Notes: a model not told the origin generated them from the letters alone. DNA of 64,000 nucleotides from an uncultured virus (IMG/VR IMGVR_UViG_3300020558_000001) (IMGVR_UViG_3300020558_000001), one strand, 5' to 3'. Counted from the stretch's first letter, positions 1 through 11,700 are shown. Made by a program: numbers and translations.

Positions 1-3000
1 ATCATCATATAAATTAATGATAGCACCATCATAATTAGTTGCATCAATACCTGTAGCTTTACTAATTAAATCTTTTATTCTTTGGTCTATTGGTCCTAAT
101 GGTTGTCCATTAACAGATAATTCATAGTACCCATATTTGTTTCTTTGATTTTCAGAATTGTTAATAGTTTTATCAATATTAACAGCTTCTTGATTAGGAT
201 TATTAGATTTATAATCCCATCTAAGATTTAGTCCAATCATTAAATTAGCTGATGAACCTTTATTAGTTTTAGCTGCTTGAGATTGAAGATAAGGCATTAA
301 GATATTAAATAGTTCTAATTGTTCTTGTTCATTTAATGCATTTCTTTTTATTTCTATTCCTGGAGCTACAACTTCAGTACTAGGTTGAGTAGTTGTAGTA
401 GGTTTAACTTCAGGTTTACTCCAAGTACCAATAACTTGACCATCAACTGTTATTTCAGAATAGTTATAACCTTTAGCTTCTAAATTTTTATAAAGTCTTT
501 TTTCACCTTCATTATAATCAGAACTTTCAATATAAGATTTATTATCAGTAAGTATAGTTGCACCTGCTTCAATAGCTTTTATAGCTTCCTTAATAGTTTT
601 ATCTTGTTGTTCTTTTCTAACTTCTTCATTACCTCGTTTACCACCTATAGATACAAATATTACATCATTAGAAAAATAATTACCTGTATTAGCATACTGC
701 CCTGCTTGTTGTCTATATAATTGAGTAGAACTATTTGTAATTCCTTCACCAAATCCTATAAACTGAGTAGCAATACTTGCTTTTACAATAGCTTTTTTAT
801 CAGCAGATTGAATAGGGGTTATGGTAAATATATTTTTCTTATTAAATTTATTACTTGTGGTAGCTTGAGTTTGAGTAGGTTTACTTTCTTCAATAAGTTG
901 GAATATACTTTTAATAGCTTCATCTGTAAGAGTACCTGGTTCTACACCAATAGCTGTCAATACTGACTTAATAAAGTTTCTCAACTTATCCATCAGAGTA
1001 GTATTAGAAGAACCTATTTTAATTTCACTCATAGCCTGTTGAAATTCAGGTTGAGTAAGCATCATTTCAATAAATTCTTTTATATTAGCAGTACCATAAA
1101 GTATTCTTTTTTCTTCGGGGTCAAATCCTACATCTTCACCTGCTTTAAGTTTTTCAAACTTTTCACGCATTGATTTATACTTAGCAGCATACTTACCTGA
1201 ACTTAATGCTGTATTTGCTCTTTCAAACAAAGTAATAATATCTCTTGCAGCTTGAGCACCAGGTACACCATCTTTAGGTGTAAGTTGTCCATTCTCATCA
1301 GTATGTTTAAGTATAAGTTCATCAGTAACTGAGTGTACAGTTTCTTTAAGAATAGTTCTTGCAAGCATTTCATTTGATGTATCTTTACTTTCAGCATATT
1401 CTTTATTGATTTCAATTACACCTTCTTTATACTTACCATTACTATTTAATCCACTAACTAATTTAATTGTAGTATTAGGGTCAACTTTAGATATAAGTTG
1501 TTTAAGTATAATAGTAATGTTATTAGGAAGACCACTTGTATTTATTACATTATTAAGTATAGTGGTAAAACTATCTTGACCTAATCCAAATCTTTCTGAA
1601 TTTATAAGTTCAGAAACTGCACTATCATTAACAGGTTCATTAGGTATTGGTGGTGCAACATCTCTTGTTTTACCTTTACTTATTTGTCTTTGTTGTTGAT
1701 TAGGATTTATGTCATAAGCAAATACTTTTTGTCCTTGATTACCTTTACTAACTGCTACTGTCAATGGCTTATATTCATTTCCCATTTTTATCCACAAGTA
1801 ATCTTTACCTTTTACTCTAAATGCAATAAAATTAGGAGCATTTTTTGAATTATATCCTGCATCAGTTATAGATATATTAGATTTTAATTTACCACTTGCA
1901 GTTTTTTCATCCATTAAAAGTTTAGGAAGTGAAGTAGGATTATTTCTTGCAAACTGAATTGCAAAATCACTTGGTCCATTCTCTTTAAATCCAAATACAG
2001 TTGTAGTATCATAGTTTATTTTGTTAAGTTCTTTAGTGAATCCCATTTGTTCTAAGTAACTAACAGGTATAAACTTAGCAAATTGTGTAGCTTCTTGTAC
2101 ACCACCCTCTAACAATGCATAATTAATAAGGTCTTGTGCAAGTTTTTTAGCACTATATATTTCTCCATTAAATGCAGGAAGTGTAAGGTCAGTACCTAAT
2201 AGTTCTAACAATGCATTATTTAATCCATCTTCATCAAAATTAGACCCAGCAGTATTCTCATAAAGTATCATAGATGGCTTACCTGTATAATCAATATCAT
2301 AGTTAAACCTCTGTATGAGTTTATTATCTTTAAGTTGAGGATGCATACTTACAATGCTAGCTAAATATTTAGCTAAAGATACTTTACCAGTTTTTTTATC
2401 ATCTAACATTAACCTATATCTTTCATCAGTTGCTGTACCTGATTTAATAAGAGTTCTTTGTGCTGCTACTGAATTAAGATATTTTTTAACTTCTTTAATA
2501 ATCATGTGTTGCTTTTCAGCTTTCTTAGCTTCACTTGCTTCACTTTTACTTATTAAACTCATTACTTCATCTATTGCTCTACTCATTGTAGGAGTATTAT
2601 ATGGAAAATGTTTTTCCCATAAATTATTAGCAGTAAGTAATGCATTTAAAGATACAGCACCAACAGAAGTTGTAGGTTTAATCATTAAGTCTTCTGTAAC
2701 ATGAATGTAACCTTCTTTTTTCTTTTGTTCTATATTAGTATAAATAGTAATAGGTAAATAATCACCTATAAGTTTTTCAGAATTTTTAATTGTTGTATTA
2801 CTTAAAGCTGTTACATTTTTTATCCTTTCTCCAATTTCAGGAATAGATTTACCTAATCCTTTTGAATCTGTGTTGATTGTACTTTGTATATTTCTAAGTG
2901 CTAAACCATATCCTTTAAGCATTAAAAATCTATTTAATGCTGCAAGTTGTAAATAGTTATTAAGTCTATCTCCTGTTTTGTTTTTAGTTAATTCATCATA

Positions 3001-6000
3001 CATTTTTTCAGAAGTCAATACATTACTAACTTCATTATCAAAATGATATACAGACATTTCATCCATTGATGAAATTGCAACACTATCAAAGTATTTCTCT
3101 TTTAATTTTTTAATAACCTCAGCTTCTGCATTTGGACTGTAACCTTTTATATTAGAGGTAGCTTTACTCATTTCAGCTACATAATCTTTAATAATAGGTT
3201 GAGATAAAAATAAGAATGAAAGAGAATTACCATCCTCTCCTTTATCAAATCCTAACATACACAATACTTTATCTACATCCATTGTGTATGAATTAAGATT
3301 TACCTTACCTAAGACTTGTTCTTTTTCATTATCTACTGATATGTTTTGTCTTTCAGATAATACATTTGCAATAGGTCTTTGAAGTTTATTATAGTCATCA
3401 AGTATTTGTCTTAGTTCAGGATAGTTTTCTGTTTGACCTTCAAGTACAACTAACCCTGTTTCTTCATCACTTTTAAGTAATTCAGTAAGATTATCTAATA
3501 CAGTATCATTCCCTTCTAAACTACTCATTCTTGCAATAAAGTAATCTTTTTTAGATACTACTTTAGTATCAGCTTCTCCAAGTTTACCATTAGAATCAAT
3601 AGAACCAAATGACATTTTAAATGGAAGACCATCATTCAACAATTGTAATTGATTACCATTTGCTTTAGCTTGTTCAAATAATGAATGAGAAGTAACATCT
3701 AATGAATATGCACCTGTACCTATTTTACCTGAAGCACCTAATGCCATTTTTTGTTTTTGATACTCATCAGATAATGGAGTAAAAAACTTATTATCTTTTT
3801 GATTAATCTTATCAATCATCTCTGCTTGTTCTTTAGCATAATCAATTGATAATATAGCATTAATTTTCTTTTGTACAGAAGGTTTACTGTTGCCAAATAC
3901 AGCTAAGTGTATATTGACAAGTTTGTTTTGAAGTAGTTTTTCTTTAACATTCTTTACTTTATCTCCTGCTTTGACTGGTCTAAACTTACCATCTTCATCT
4001 TGGGTATGCCATAGTTGATAACTACTTAGTTTATCAACGTCAAAGTCTTGACCCATTTGTTTAGTAAAGTTCTTAGGAGTAATTATTAAGTCACCATTTT
4101 GAGATGGAAGAAATCCTGCAATAGTAACCTTAGAACCTGACATGTGACCTGAGGTAGGAATCCTAAATGTAATCATGTCTAATAGTTCCTTATCAAACAT
4201 TTTTTCATTTAATTGAAATCCTTTGTCAGTCTTAATTACATACTTATAATTTTCTCCATCTCTCTCTAATAAGTCAATAAGATTACCATCATTATCTCTA
4301 AACTTAGATGCAACTAATATTTGAGCAGATTTAAGATTATTTTTTTCATCATAATCAGCTGCTTGTAGCTCTCCATTAAATTTATTATTTAACCAAACTA
4401 TTTGACTTTTGTCTATACCTTTAAAATCTTTTTGAATTTTAAATCCTTCTTCAGAACCTGCTACATAAGCATTACCAGGAAATTTCATTTTAACAAGTCT
4501 ATTATCTATAATAGCATTGAGTAGTGCTTCAATTCTATTTGAATTAGCACTCATCCATAATGGAAGTTTAAACTTGTAATCTGTTATTGTTCCATCATTA
4601 TCATAAATAAATTCTATTTCTAATCCATCTATATCTTGTTTAGACCAACCTCTATCAAAAGCTTCTTCTTTTAAAAGCTTTTGAAGTTTAAGTGCTGTTT
4701 CTTTTACATTAGTAGGTTTATTAGTAGCTTCATCAATACCTAACTCATTATAAAATCTTTGTTTCCTTAAGTTATAAAGTTCAGTAAAGGTTTGATTATA
4801 TATCTCTTGAAGTTTTTTACCCGAGTAAGATGTGCCATCCATCATAAATCCAGACTCATCCATCATCCCATTACCAAATAAAACTTTAGTAAGCTGAGAA
4901 CCTAAAGTAGTTGTGTCTTCACTTCTTTTGCCTGATTTAAATGGTACATCTTGTTGTATCTTAAAATCTTTTCTGTTTAAAACTAATGATGCATTTTCAA
5001 GGTCTTGTTGACTTATGTTTTTTATCTTACCATTTTCATCAAATATTTTTAATGGACTTTTAAGTGCTCCTACTTTATTAGCAGTTTGATAAGATGCTCT
5101 TACTTTTAATCCTCTTTTTTGAAAATCTTGTAATGCTATTCTAAGTTTATCTAATTCAGTACCTGCTGTCATCTGTGGAATTAAAGGAAATGATGAACTC
5201 TTAATGTACATCATTCTCATTAACCCTTGTTCTTTATCAAATGTCTGACCTGTATATACTGGCTTAATTGGTTGAAGCACTTTAGAAAGAATTTCTTTTT
5301 GTGCATCAGTCATATCTTCTACAGAAGTATTATTAGTAAATAACTCTTCAGCTATATCTAAGTCTTTATCTGTAAGTGAAAGTACACTATCAGATGTTTT
5401 ACCCATTTGTCTTAATACATGGAGATGTTCTTGCCATGTTGTATACTCTTGAGCATCAGTAGATTCTATACTAAAGTAACCTGCTGAATTAGGATATGCT
5501 TTGTTAAGTTCTTTTTCTCTTTCCCCTTCATCTCCTATTTGCATTATCTTATTATACTCTTCAACATCAAATTTTTTATTATCTAATACTTTAGTAAGGA
5601 ATCCAATATTTTGAGAAACAGAAACTCTATCTGCTAAAAAGATTTGATGATAAGTTTCATTTTTAGAATCAGCTAATTTAACACCAGGAGCAATCATAGC
5701 TGCTAACCTTTTACCAACATTGATAAAAGTATCTTCTGATTGTTCAATAAAAGATTTAGAACTTGATTTATAATAAACAGCTGGGTCACCAATAACTGTC
5801 ATGTAAGTATTTGCATTACCAATCATTTGATTAATAACATAATCAAATGCTATTACACTTGTTTTTGTATCATCAGGTAACTTACCATACTTTTCAGTAT
5901 CTTTTAAATACTTTGCATCAACAAACTTAAACTTAGTTGAACCATCTTCATTCTTAGTAATTAACTCATTATCCTCCCATACTTTTATTTTTTGTTGTAC

Positions 6001-8760
6001 AAGAGTGCTAATAAGATTATTTATTTCAGGATAAATTTGAGCTTTAAGTTCATCATTAAGATTTTCTAATTTAAAATTAGGTGAAGATAAAAGAGTTTGT
6101 AAATTTCCTTCCCACAATGAACCATCATTCATTTCATATTTAACTTGCAAATCATTGAGTCCAGGTAAAAACATTAACATTTTTGCACCCTTATCATATC
6201 CTTTTACATTAGTGCCATCAGGATTCTTTGTCTTAAAGTCAATAATCCTTTCTATTTCAGGTAACACTAATTGATTAAATGCTAATTGAAGTACCTCAGC
6301 TTTAATTTCAAACCTTTGATTTTTAACATTATATTCATAGTAGTCTTGGTCATTAAGTTTAAACATTGGTGCTTTAACTGTAAGCATTGTTGACTTATCT
6401 GACATAGTTGGGAATAGCATAGATGCTATCCTCATTGGAAACTCCATTCCATCAATTGTAAACTTTACACTTGTATCACCTTGTTTCATGTCCATGAACA
6501 ATCCCCACTTAACAAGTTCATGGTCAGCATCTGCTAATGAGGTAATACCATTATCACCAAATATTTTTTTACCTAATTCTTTTAAAGCATTTAAATCTAA
6601 ATGACTAATACTAAATGCATTAGATACTGCTGGATTTTCTAACCATTGTAACCAAGCTGCATTTTTAGAAAATGCAATATCATTTAATTGCTCTCTAATA
6701 TTACCATTGTTATTTTTTAAATCTATAAATCTATCAGTAGCAAATTTATATGCAGTATATCCATAGATAGATTTTTTACCTGACCTAAATGAACTTGTAG
6801 ATACATTCTCTACATACTTAGCTTGAAACTTAGCTAAACCATTTTCAATTGCATTATCTCTAAATGGATGATTTTCTTTAAAGTCAGCTGAAATAATTGT
6901 ATTGTCAGCATCAACAGCTTTCTGTAACCAACCTGCAAGAATACCAATAGGTTGATGTTCACCTGATGTTTTTGCAAAAAACTTATCAGGAGTTAGTTTA
7001 GTATCTTTATTTACATAGTAATCACCACTAAGTATTCTATGTATTGCATTAGGATGCATATCAATACCAAATGCATCTAACCACTCTAATACCTTCTCTC
7101 TTGCTTCTGCTTGTTCTTCAGCAGACATGTTTGAATATTCCATAATAGGAATATTCTTACCATCTGTTGAAATATTTTTAACTTGTAATGCTCTACTAAT
7201 AGCAGGAGTTGTAGGTTTGCCAACAATGTATTTTAATTGACCATTTACTTTTTCAACTCTTAATTCTTTAGTGTCATACTTATCATCAATTTTAGTTGTA
7301 ATACTAAACTTTTTTACTTCTCCTTCTTTAAAGTCATCAGCTTTAAATCCAAGTATATCAATTGTTTTTTTATCCTTTAATTCTTCATCTCTATTATTAA
7401 TTGCTGCTGTCTTATGAATATCTACAAGTTGTCTTGCCTTACTATATTTTAATGGTTTAGGTGCATTATTAAACCAAGACTGATGTTCTTCTAATAATCT
7501 TTGTGCTTCATTTTTATTTACAAAGTATTGTCCTGTTTCAACATCAGCATCTACTAAGTCACTACCTAAGAAATCATTTTTCCAATTAGCTAAAGTTTTT
7601 CTTCTAAGTTCTGCAGAATTAGTATTCATTACTTTTAAAGTAAGATTACCATCTTGGTCAAATGAATATTGTACATAATGCATAGTAAGTGCATGATTAC
7701 TCATTGTAGATAAAAACTGATTCTTAACTTGAGCATCAGCTTTTTCTAATCTATTTACAAACTCATTTAACCAAGGTCTTACATCAGCATTATCTTTTAA
7801 GTAAGCAACAGCTTCATTAAAAGTAAATGACTTATCAGCCATTAAAGCTATAACAGTATCAAACACAGTATCAAAATCTACATAAGCAGGAATACCCATT
7901 ACAGTATTCATGTTATTACCTTTGTCATCTGTAAGAGGAATACCTGACATTAACAGTCTAAGTTCTTTTCTTACAGAATTTTTAGGATTTCTTTCTAAAG
8001 AAGTTTGTGAATAATTTTCATCTCTTTCACTATTTGTTTCTTCAAAGTCTGTTACACTATCTTCTGAAGATTCTTCTTCCATGTCTGCTATTTTAGCAGT
8101 ATCATCTGCTTCCTCTACTGTTGTTGTAGTAGTACCATCTTCATTAGTTACAGTATTAACTTTAATATTAGCAAACTTATATAGTTTATTTAATCCTACT
8201 TCAGCAATAGTATCAAAATTATCTTTAACTAATTTAAGTTTTTCTTTAGCTACTTGAATTTTCTTAAGATTAAGTTGAACTACATTATCATCAGGTTTAC
8301 CAATAGCATTTAATTTTTCTGCAACATTATCAAGAGTAGCTTCATAAGTATTAAACATCTTAATAAGCTCTTCTTTCATTTGCTGTTTTAACTCTGATTC
8401 ACTTGTTATTGATTTCCCATTAACATTAAAATCTTTAGCAGCAGTATTAAATACATGATTTACAAAATAGTTAAAATGATTATTAGCTAAACCATCAATC
8501 TTCATTAACTCTTTGGTAATTTCTTTTCTACCTTCTTCACTTATTTCTTTAGGCTCAAATGATGTGTCATCATCTAACTTAACACCATACTGGTTTAAGA
8601 ATCCTAGTAGTGCATCAGCTTGTTTCATTACAGTATTATAAGCTTCTACTGCATCTTGACTACTTTGAGTTGCTTTATAATTACTAAATGATGCTTCTAC
8701 TAATCTTTTAAATTCTTGTTCGGTATAAGCTTTACCATTATAGGTGATAGTACAAATCAT
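1..8760 (-). CDS. Virion-packaged RNA polymerase polyprotein (crAss/phi14:2 gp66-like), >2900 aa, truncated at left window edge
   Basis: Not in ORF track because no stop lies in the window. ATG at 8760 (MICTITYNGKAY). The same frame is open wherever I sampled it, down to nt 1. It contains ITFRIPTSGHMS...GDLIITPKNFTKQMGQDFDVDKL (DFDVD at 4033-4047), the DxDxD catalytic loop of crAss-type vRNAPs. Confidence 0.93.
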   Translation of the reverse strand, partial: MICTITYNGKAYTEQEFKRLVEASFSNYKATQSSQDAVEAYNTVMKQADALLGFLNQYGVKLDDDTSFEPKEISEEGRKEITKELMKIDGLANNHFNYFVNHVFNTAAKDFNVNGKSITSESELKQQMKEELIKMFNTYEATLDNVAEKLNAIGKPDDNVVQLNLKKIQVAKEKLKLVKDNFDTIAEVGLNKLYKFANIKVNTVTNEDGTTTTTVEEADDTAKIADMEEESSEDSVTDFEETNSERDENYSQTSLERNPKNSVRKELRLLMSGIPLTDDKGNNMNTVMGIPAYVDFDTVFDTVIALMADKSFTFNEAVAYLKDNADVRPWLNEFVNRLEKADAQVKNQFLSTMSNHALTMHYVQYSFDQDGNLTLKVMNTNSAELRRKTLANWKNDFLGSDLVDADVETGQYFVNKNEAQRLLEEHQSWFNNAPKPLKYSKARQLVDIHKTAAINNRDEELKDKKTIDILGFKADDFKEGEVKKFSITTKIDDKYDTKELRVEKVNGQLKYIVGKPTTPAISRALQVKNISTDGKNIPIMEYSNMSAEEQAEAREKVLEWLDAFGIDMHPNAIHRILSGDYYVNKDTKLTPDKFFAKTSGEHQPIGILAGWLQKAVDADNTIISADFKENHPFRDNAIENGLAKFQAKYVENVSTSSFRSGKKSIYGYTAYKFATDRFIDLKNNNGNIREQLNDIAFSKNAAWLQWLENPAVSNAFSISHLDLNALKELGKKIFGDNGITSLADADHELVKWGLFMDMKQGDTSVKFTIDGMEFPMRIASMLFPTMSDKSTMLTVKAPMFKLNDQDYYEYNVKNQRFEIKAEVLQLAFNQLVLPEIERIIDFKTKNPDGTNVKGYDKGAKMLMFLPGLNDLQVKYEMNDGSLWEGNLQTLLSSPNFKLENLNDELKAQIYPEINNLISTLVQQKIKVWEDNELITKNEDGSTKFKFVDAKYLKDTEKYGKLPDDTKTSVIAFDYVINQMIGNANTYMTVIGDPAVYYKSSSKSFIEQSEDTFINVGKRLAAMIAPGVKLADSKNETYHQIFLADRVSVSQNIGFLTKVLDNKKFDVEEYNKIMQIGDEGEREKELNKAYPNSAGYFSIESTDAQEYTTWQEHLHVLRQMGKTSDSVLSLTDKDLDIAEELFTNNTSVEDMTDAQKEILSKVLQPIKPVYTGQTFDKEQGLMRMMYIKSSSFPLIPQMTAGTELDKLRIALQDFQKRGLKVRASYQTANKVGALKSPLKIFDENGKIKNISQQDLENASLVLNRKDFKIQQDVPFKSGKRSEDTTTLGSQLTKVLFGNGMMDESGFMMDGTSYSGKKLQEIYNQTFTELYNLRKQRFYNELGIDEATNKPTNVKETALKLQKLLKEEAFDRGWSKQDIDGLEIEFIYDNDGTITDYKFKLPLWMSANSNRIEALLNAIIDNRLVKMKFPGNAYVAGSEEGFKIQKDFKGIDKSQIVWLNNKFNGELQAADYDEKNNLKSAQILVASKFRDNDGNLIDLLERDGENYKYVIKTDKGFQLNEKMFDKELLDMITFRIPTSGHMSGSKVTIAGFLPSQNGDLIITPKNFTKQMGQDFDVDKLSSYQLWHTQDEDGKFRPVKAGDKVKNVKEKLLQNKLVNIHLAVFGNSKPSVQKKINAILSIDYAKEQAEMIDKINQKDNKFFTPLSDEYQKQKMALGASGKIGTGAYSLDVTSHSLFEQAKANGNQLQLLNDGLPFKMSFGSIDSNGKLGEADTKVVSKKDYFIARMSSLEGNDTVLDNLTELLKSDEETGLVVLEGQTENYPELRQILDDYNKLQRPIANVLSERQNISVDNEKEQVLGKVNLNSYTMDVDKVLCMLGFDKGEDGNSLSFLFLSQPIIKDYVAEMSKATSNIKGYSPNAEAEVIKKLKEKYFDSVAISSMDEMSVYHFDNEVSNVLTSEKMYDELTKNKTGDRLNNYLQLAALNRFLMLKGYGLALRNIQSTINTDSKGLGKSIPEIGERIKNVTALSNTTIKNSEKLIGDYLPITIYTNIEQKKKEGYIHVTEDLMIKPTTSVGAVSLNALLTANNLWEKHFPYNTPTMSRAIDEVMSLISKSEASEAKKAEKQHMIIKEVKKYLNSVAAQRTLIKSGTATDERYRLMLDDKKTGKVSLAKYLASIVSMHPQLKDNKLIQRFNYDIDYTGKPSMILYENTAGSNFDEDGLNNALLELLGTDLTLPAFNGEIYSAKKLAQDLINYALLEGGVQEATQFAKFIPVSYLEQMGFTKELNKINYDTTTVFGFKENGPSDFAIQFARNNPTSLPKLLMDEKTASGKLKSNISITDAGYNSKNAPNFIAFRVKGKDYLWIKMGNEYKPLTVAVSKGNQGQKVFAYDINPNQQQRQISKGKTRDVAPPIPNEPVNDSAVSELINSERFGLGQDSFTTILNNVINTSGLPNNITIILKQLISKVDPNTTIKLVSGLNSNGKYKEGVIEINKEYAESKDTSNEMLARTILKETVHSVTDELILKHTDENGQLTPKDGVPGAQAARDIITLFERANTALSSGKYAAKYKSMREKFEKLKAGEDVGFDPEEKRILYGTANIKEFIEMMLTQPEFQQAMSEIKIGSSNTTLMDKLRNFIKSVLTAIGVEPGTLTDEAIKSIFQLIEESKPTQTQATTSNKFNKKNIFTITPIQSADKKAIVKASIATQFIGFGEGITNSSTQLYRQQAGQYANTGNYFSNDVIFVSIGGKRGNEEVRKEQQDKTIKEAIKAIEAGATILTDNKSYIESSDYNEGEKRLYKNLEAKGYNYSEITVDGQVIGTWSKPEVKPTTTTQPSTEVVAPGIEIKRNALNEQEQLELFNILMPYLQSQAAKTNKGSSANLMIGLNLRWDYKSNNPNQEAVNIDKTINNSENQRNKYGYYELSVNGQPLGPIDQRIKDLISKATGIDATNYDGAIINLYDD

Positions 8761-8768
8761 GTTGATGT

Positions 8769-11700
8769 TTATTTACAATCTTTAGTAATTGTTTTGTTGT
8801 CTATAAGTTTCTGAATAGCTTCATCTACATTTGAAGACTCTGCAAATATATTAAAAAATTCTTCAAATCCTTCTAAAGGTGTTTGTGTTTCTTCAGTTTT
8901 TTGTTGACTTTCTAATGCTGCAATTTGTGCATCATATCTTTCATTGATTGTTTTTTCTTTTGCTTCTTTTATTTTTTGAGATTCTTTATCAGTATAATCA
9001 TCTTTTACAAGTTCTGTTTTTATAATACCTTTTGCATCTAATTCAAAATCAAATTTTAAATAATCTTGAATTGATTCATTTGATAAATTATTATATCTTT
9101 TAGCTTTGGTATCTTTTGTAGCTATTTGTATACTACCATCTTTAAAAGTTATTACTTGTAATTCTACTAATAAATTATCTCCAGTATCAACTATTATTTT
9201 TTCATTTTTAATTGGTGTAATTTTATCTATTTCTTCTTGTTGTTTTCTTTTTAATTCAGCTATTGCTTCTACATTAGATTCTTGAGATGTAGGAGTTTGT
9301 ACTGGTTTTTGTTCAAGTTTCTTTTTAAGATTATCATCTAATTGTTTAGCAAATTCAGTAGACTCATTAGTATTCTCAGATAATAATCTTTTAGCATCTT
9401 CTACTTTTTCTTCTATAGTACTTCCTATAAATTCCCAACCTGCTTCTTCAAAAAGAGGTATTTGTTTTTGTAACTGCTCATCTGTATATGTACTGGCAAC
9501 AAGATTATTGAGTTGTTTATTCTCTTCTTTAGTTTCTGTTTTAGGACTACTGTATTCAGCACTATTTCTATTAGGTGGAGCAACAGCTTTAAATTCAATA
9601 TTAGGTTGGAACCTTGTAATGAAATGAGGTTTATCAGCAGTACCTGCATTTTCTAATCTAATATCTGTTTGAGCATCCTTCATTGAGTACTCAAAGTAAT
9701 TATAATTTGATGACTCTTCAATAGAACCATCTTCATTTATTAATCCCATTTTAAACTCAGAAGAGTTTATGTCAGGATTATTAAAATTATTTTTTACATT
9801 TAAGTATTGTTCAGATAAAAATTGTCTTAGTTCAGTTTCATATTTTTTTAAATCATTTTCATTCTCAATTGTAAATTCCTTTCCACCCTTAACTCCAAAT
9901 CTTAATTTTGTACCTTCATCATTAATGTGGATGTATGATTTATTATTTGCTAAGCTAGTTGGATTTTGTGTTCTTACAAATTTATTTGTGTATTGAAAAA
10001 ACATGTTACTACCTGAAAATCCAAGTTTTTTTAGGTTAGTAATTAAATTATTTTTGTTGGCTCCACCTGTTAAACTTACTGAAAACAAGTTCATTAATGA
10101 GTCAACTAATTCTTCACTTACTTTTGGAAAATCAGTAGTTAATATTTTATGACTATCTGCATCCCATTGTCTTACATCAATAGTATGACCATATTTTAAT
10201 TGCTCTAATAACTCAGGAGTAAATTGATTATCGTCAATCTTAAACTGTTTTTTAAATTCATCAAATGGAATTATAAAAGATTTATTTCCATTACTCACAT
10301 ACATATGAGTAATTTGTTTATTACTTACAATTGCTCTAGCAAGAACAGCATTCTTATTTATACTTCTAATTCTTTTCTTTTCATTGTTAGGGAATTTTTC
10401 AATCATCCCTCCTGTCTTAGCTGTTATTTCAATCTTAGGAGTTCCACCTTTTTTATTAGTATCAATTATATATTTTCTTAAAGCTCTAAGGTCTGCAAGT
10501 TGTTTTTTCTTATCTTCTGCATTAAGCTTATCATTGGTTTCTATTTTACTTACATCATGAATATAGGAAACTGCATCTCCTTCATTATCAATAATAGTAA
10601 GAGGTACAGCATCATAGTATGCTTGAGATTTTAAAAAATCATTTCCTTTTTCTTTTACATTCTTAACTACCCAATCTTTAAAAGAAATTAATGCAGCTTT
10701 ACCATCAGGAGTAACTTTAACCTTACCATTAGCATCTCTATCTTTAATAAGAATATCTGCATTATTAGCAGCTACTTGTACATTAAGTTGAGTGCCTGGA
10801 TTAAACTTATCTCTTCTTAATAACTTTTTAAATTTCAAAAAGTTATCAACATCTTCTTCTTCATATTCTTCAAGTATAGTTGATAAACTTCCATCTTCAT
10901 TTTCTATAGTTTTAAAATTACCACCCTTATTAGTAGAGTTATAACCAAATCTAAATATAGTATCACCAAGTGAAAATACTTCAGTAGCCATTTCACCTGA
11001 TGCAGTTTCAACAGGAGTTTTAGAACTGTTAATTTCTTTGTTTAAATTATCAGCTTGTTTTTGAGCCTGTTGTTCCATCAGGTTTTGTTCTTCAGCAAAC
11101 TGCAATAAAGAACTTGCCATCTCTTTTCTACTTCTGAATACCTTATCAAATACAGCTTGATAATTATCAATAGGCATTCCATTTAATTCCCAACCAAGAA
11201 TCAATGTGTTGAATAATCCTCTTACTTGGTCTTTGTTAGAATTAACAATATAATCTCTGATAAACTTTTCAAATGATGGTTCAGAACCAAGTTCATCTTC
11301 AAGTGCTACTAAGTAATCACCTACTTCTTGTTTAATTCTAGCTCTTGCTTCAGGACTTAATTTGCTATTTACTTCTTTAGGGTCATAACTAATTGATTCT
11401 TTTTCTACTGCAGCATCACTACTTTCTTTAGGGTCATTACTTACAGGTATTTGAAACTTATATCTATTTGGTATAGTTTTATTTTTAGTAATATCTAATC
11501 CTGAATTATTATTAGCTTGTAGTCTTTGAATTAACTCTAATTGTTTTTTACCTTCTTCATTTAACTCATCACTCTGTTCATCAACTTCAAGGTCTATAGT
11601 TAATTGGTCATTACCAGAATTTTCTATTTGTTGTTTGATATCATTAACAAAGTTAATTAACTCAACATCAGTATTATTATCAACAGATTGTTGATTTAAT

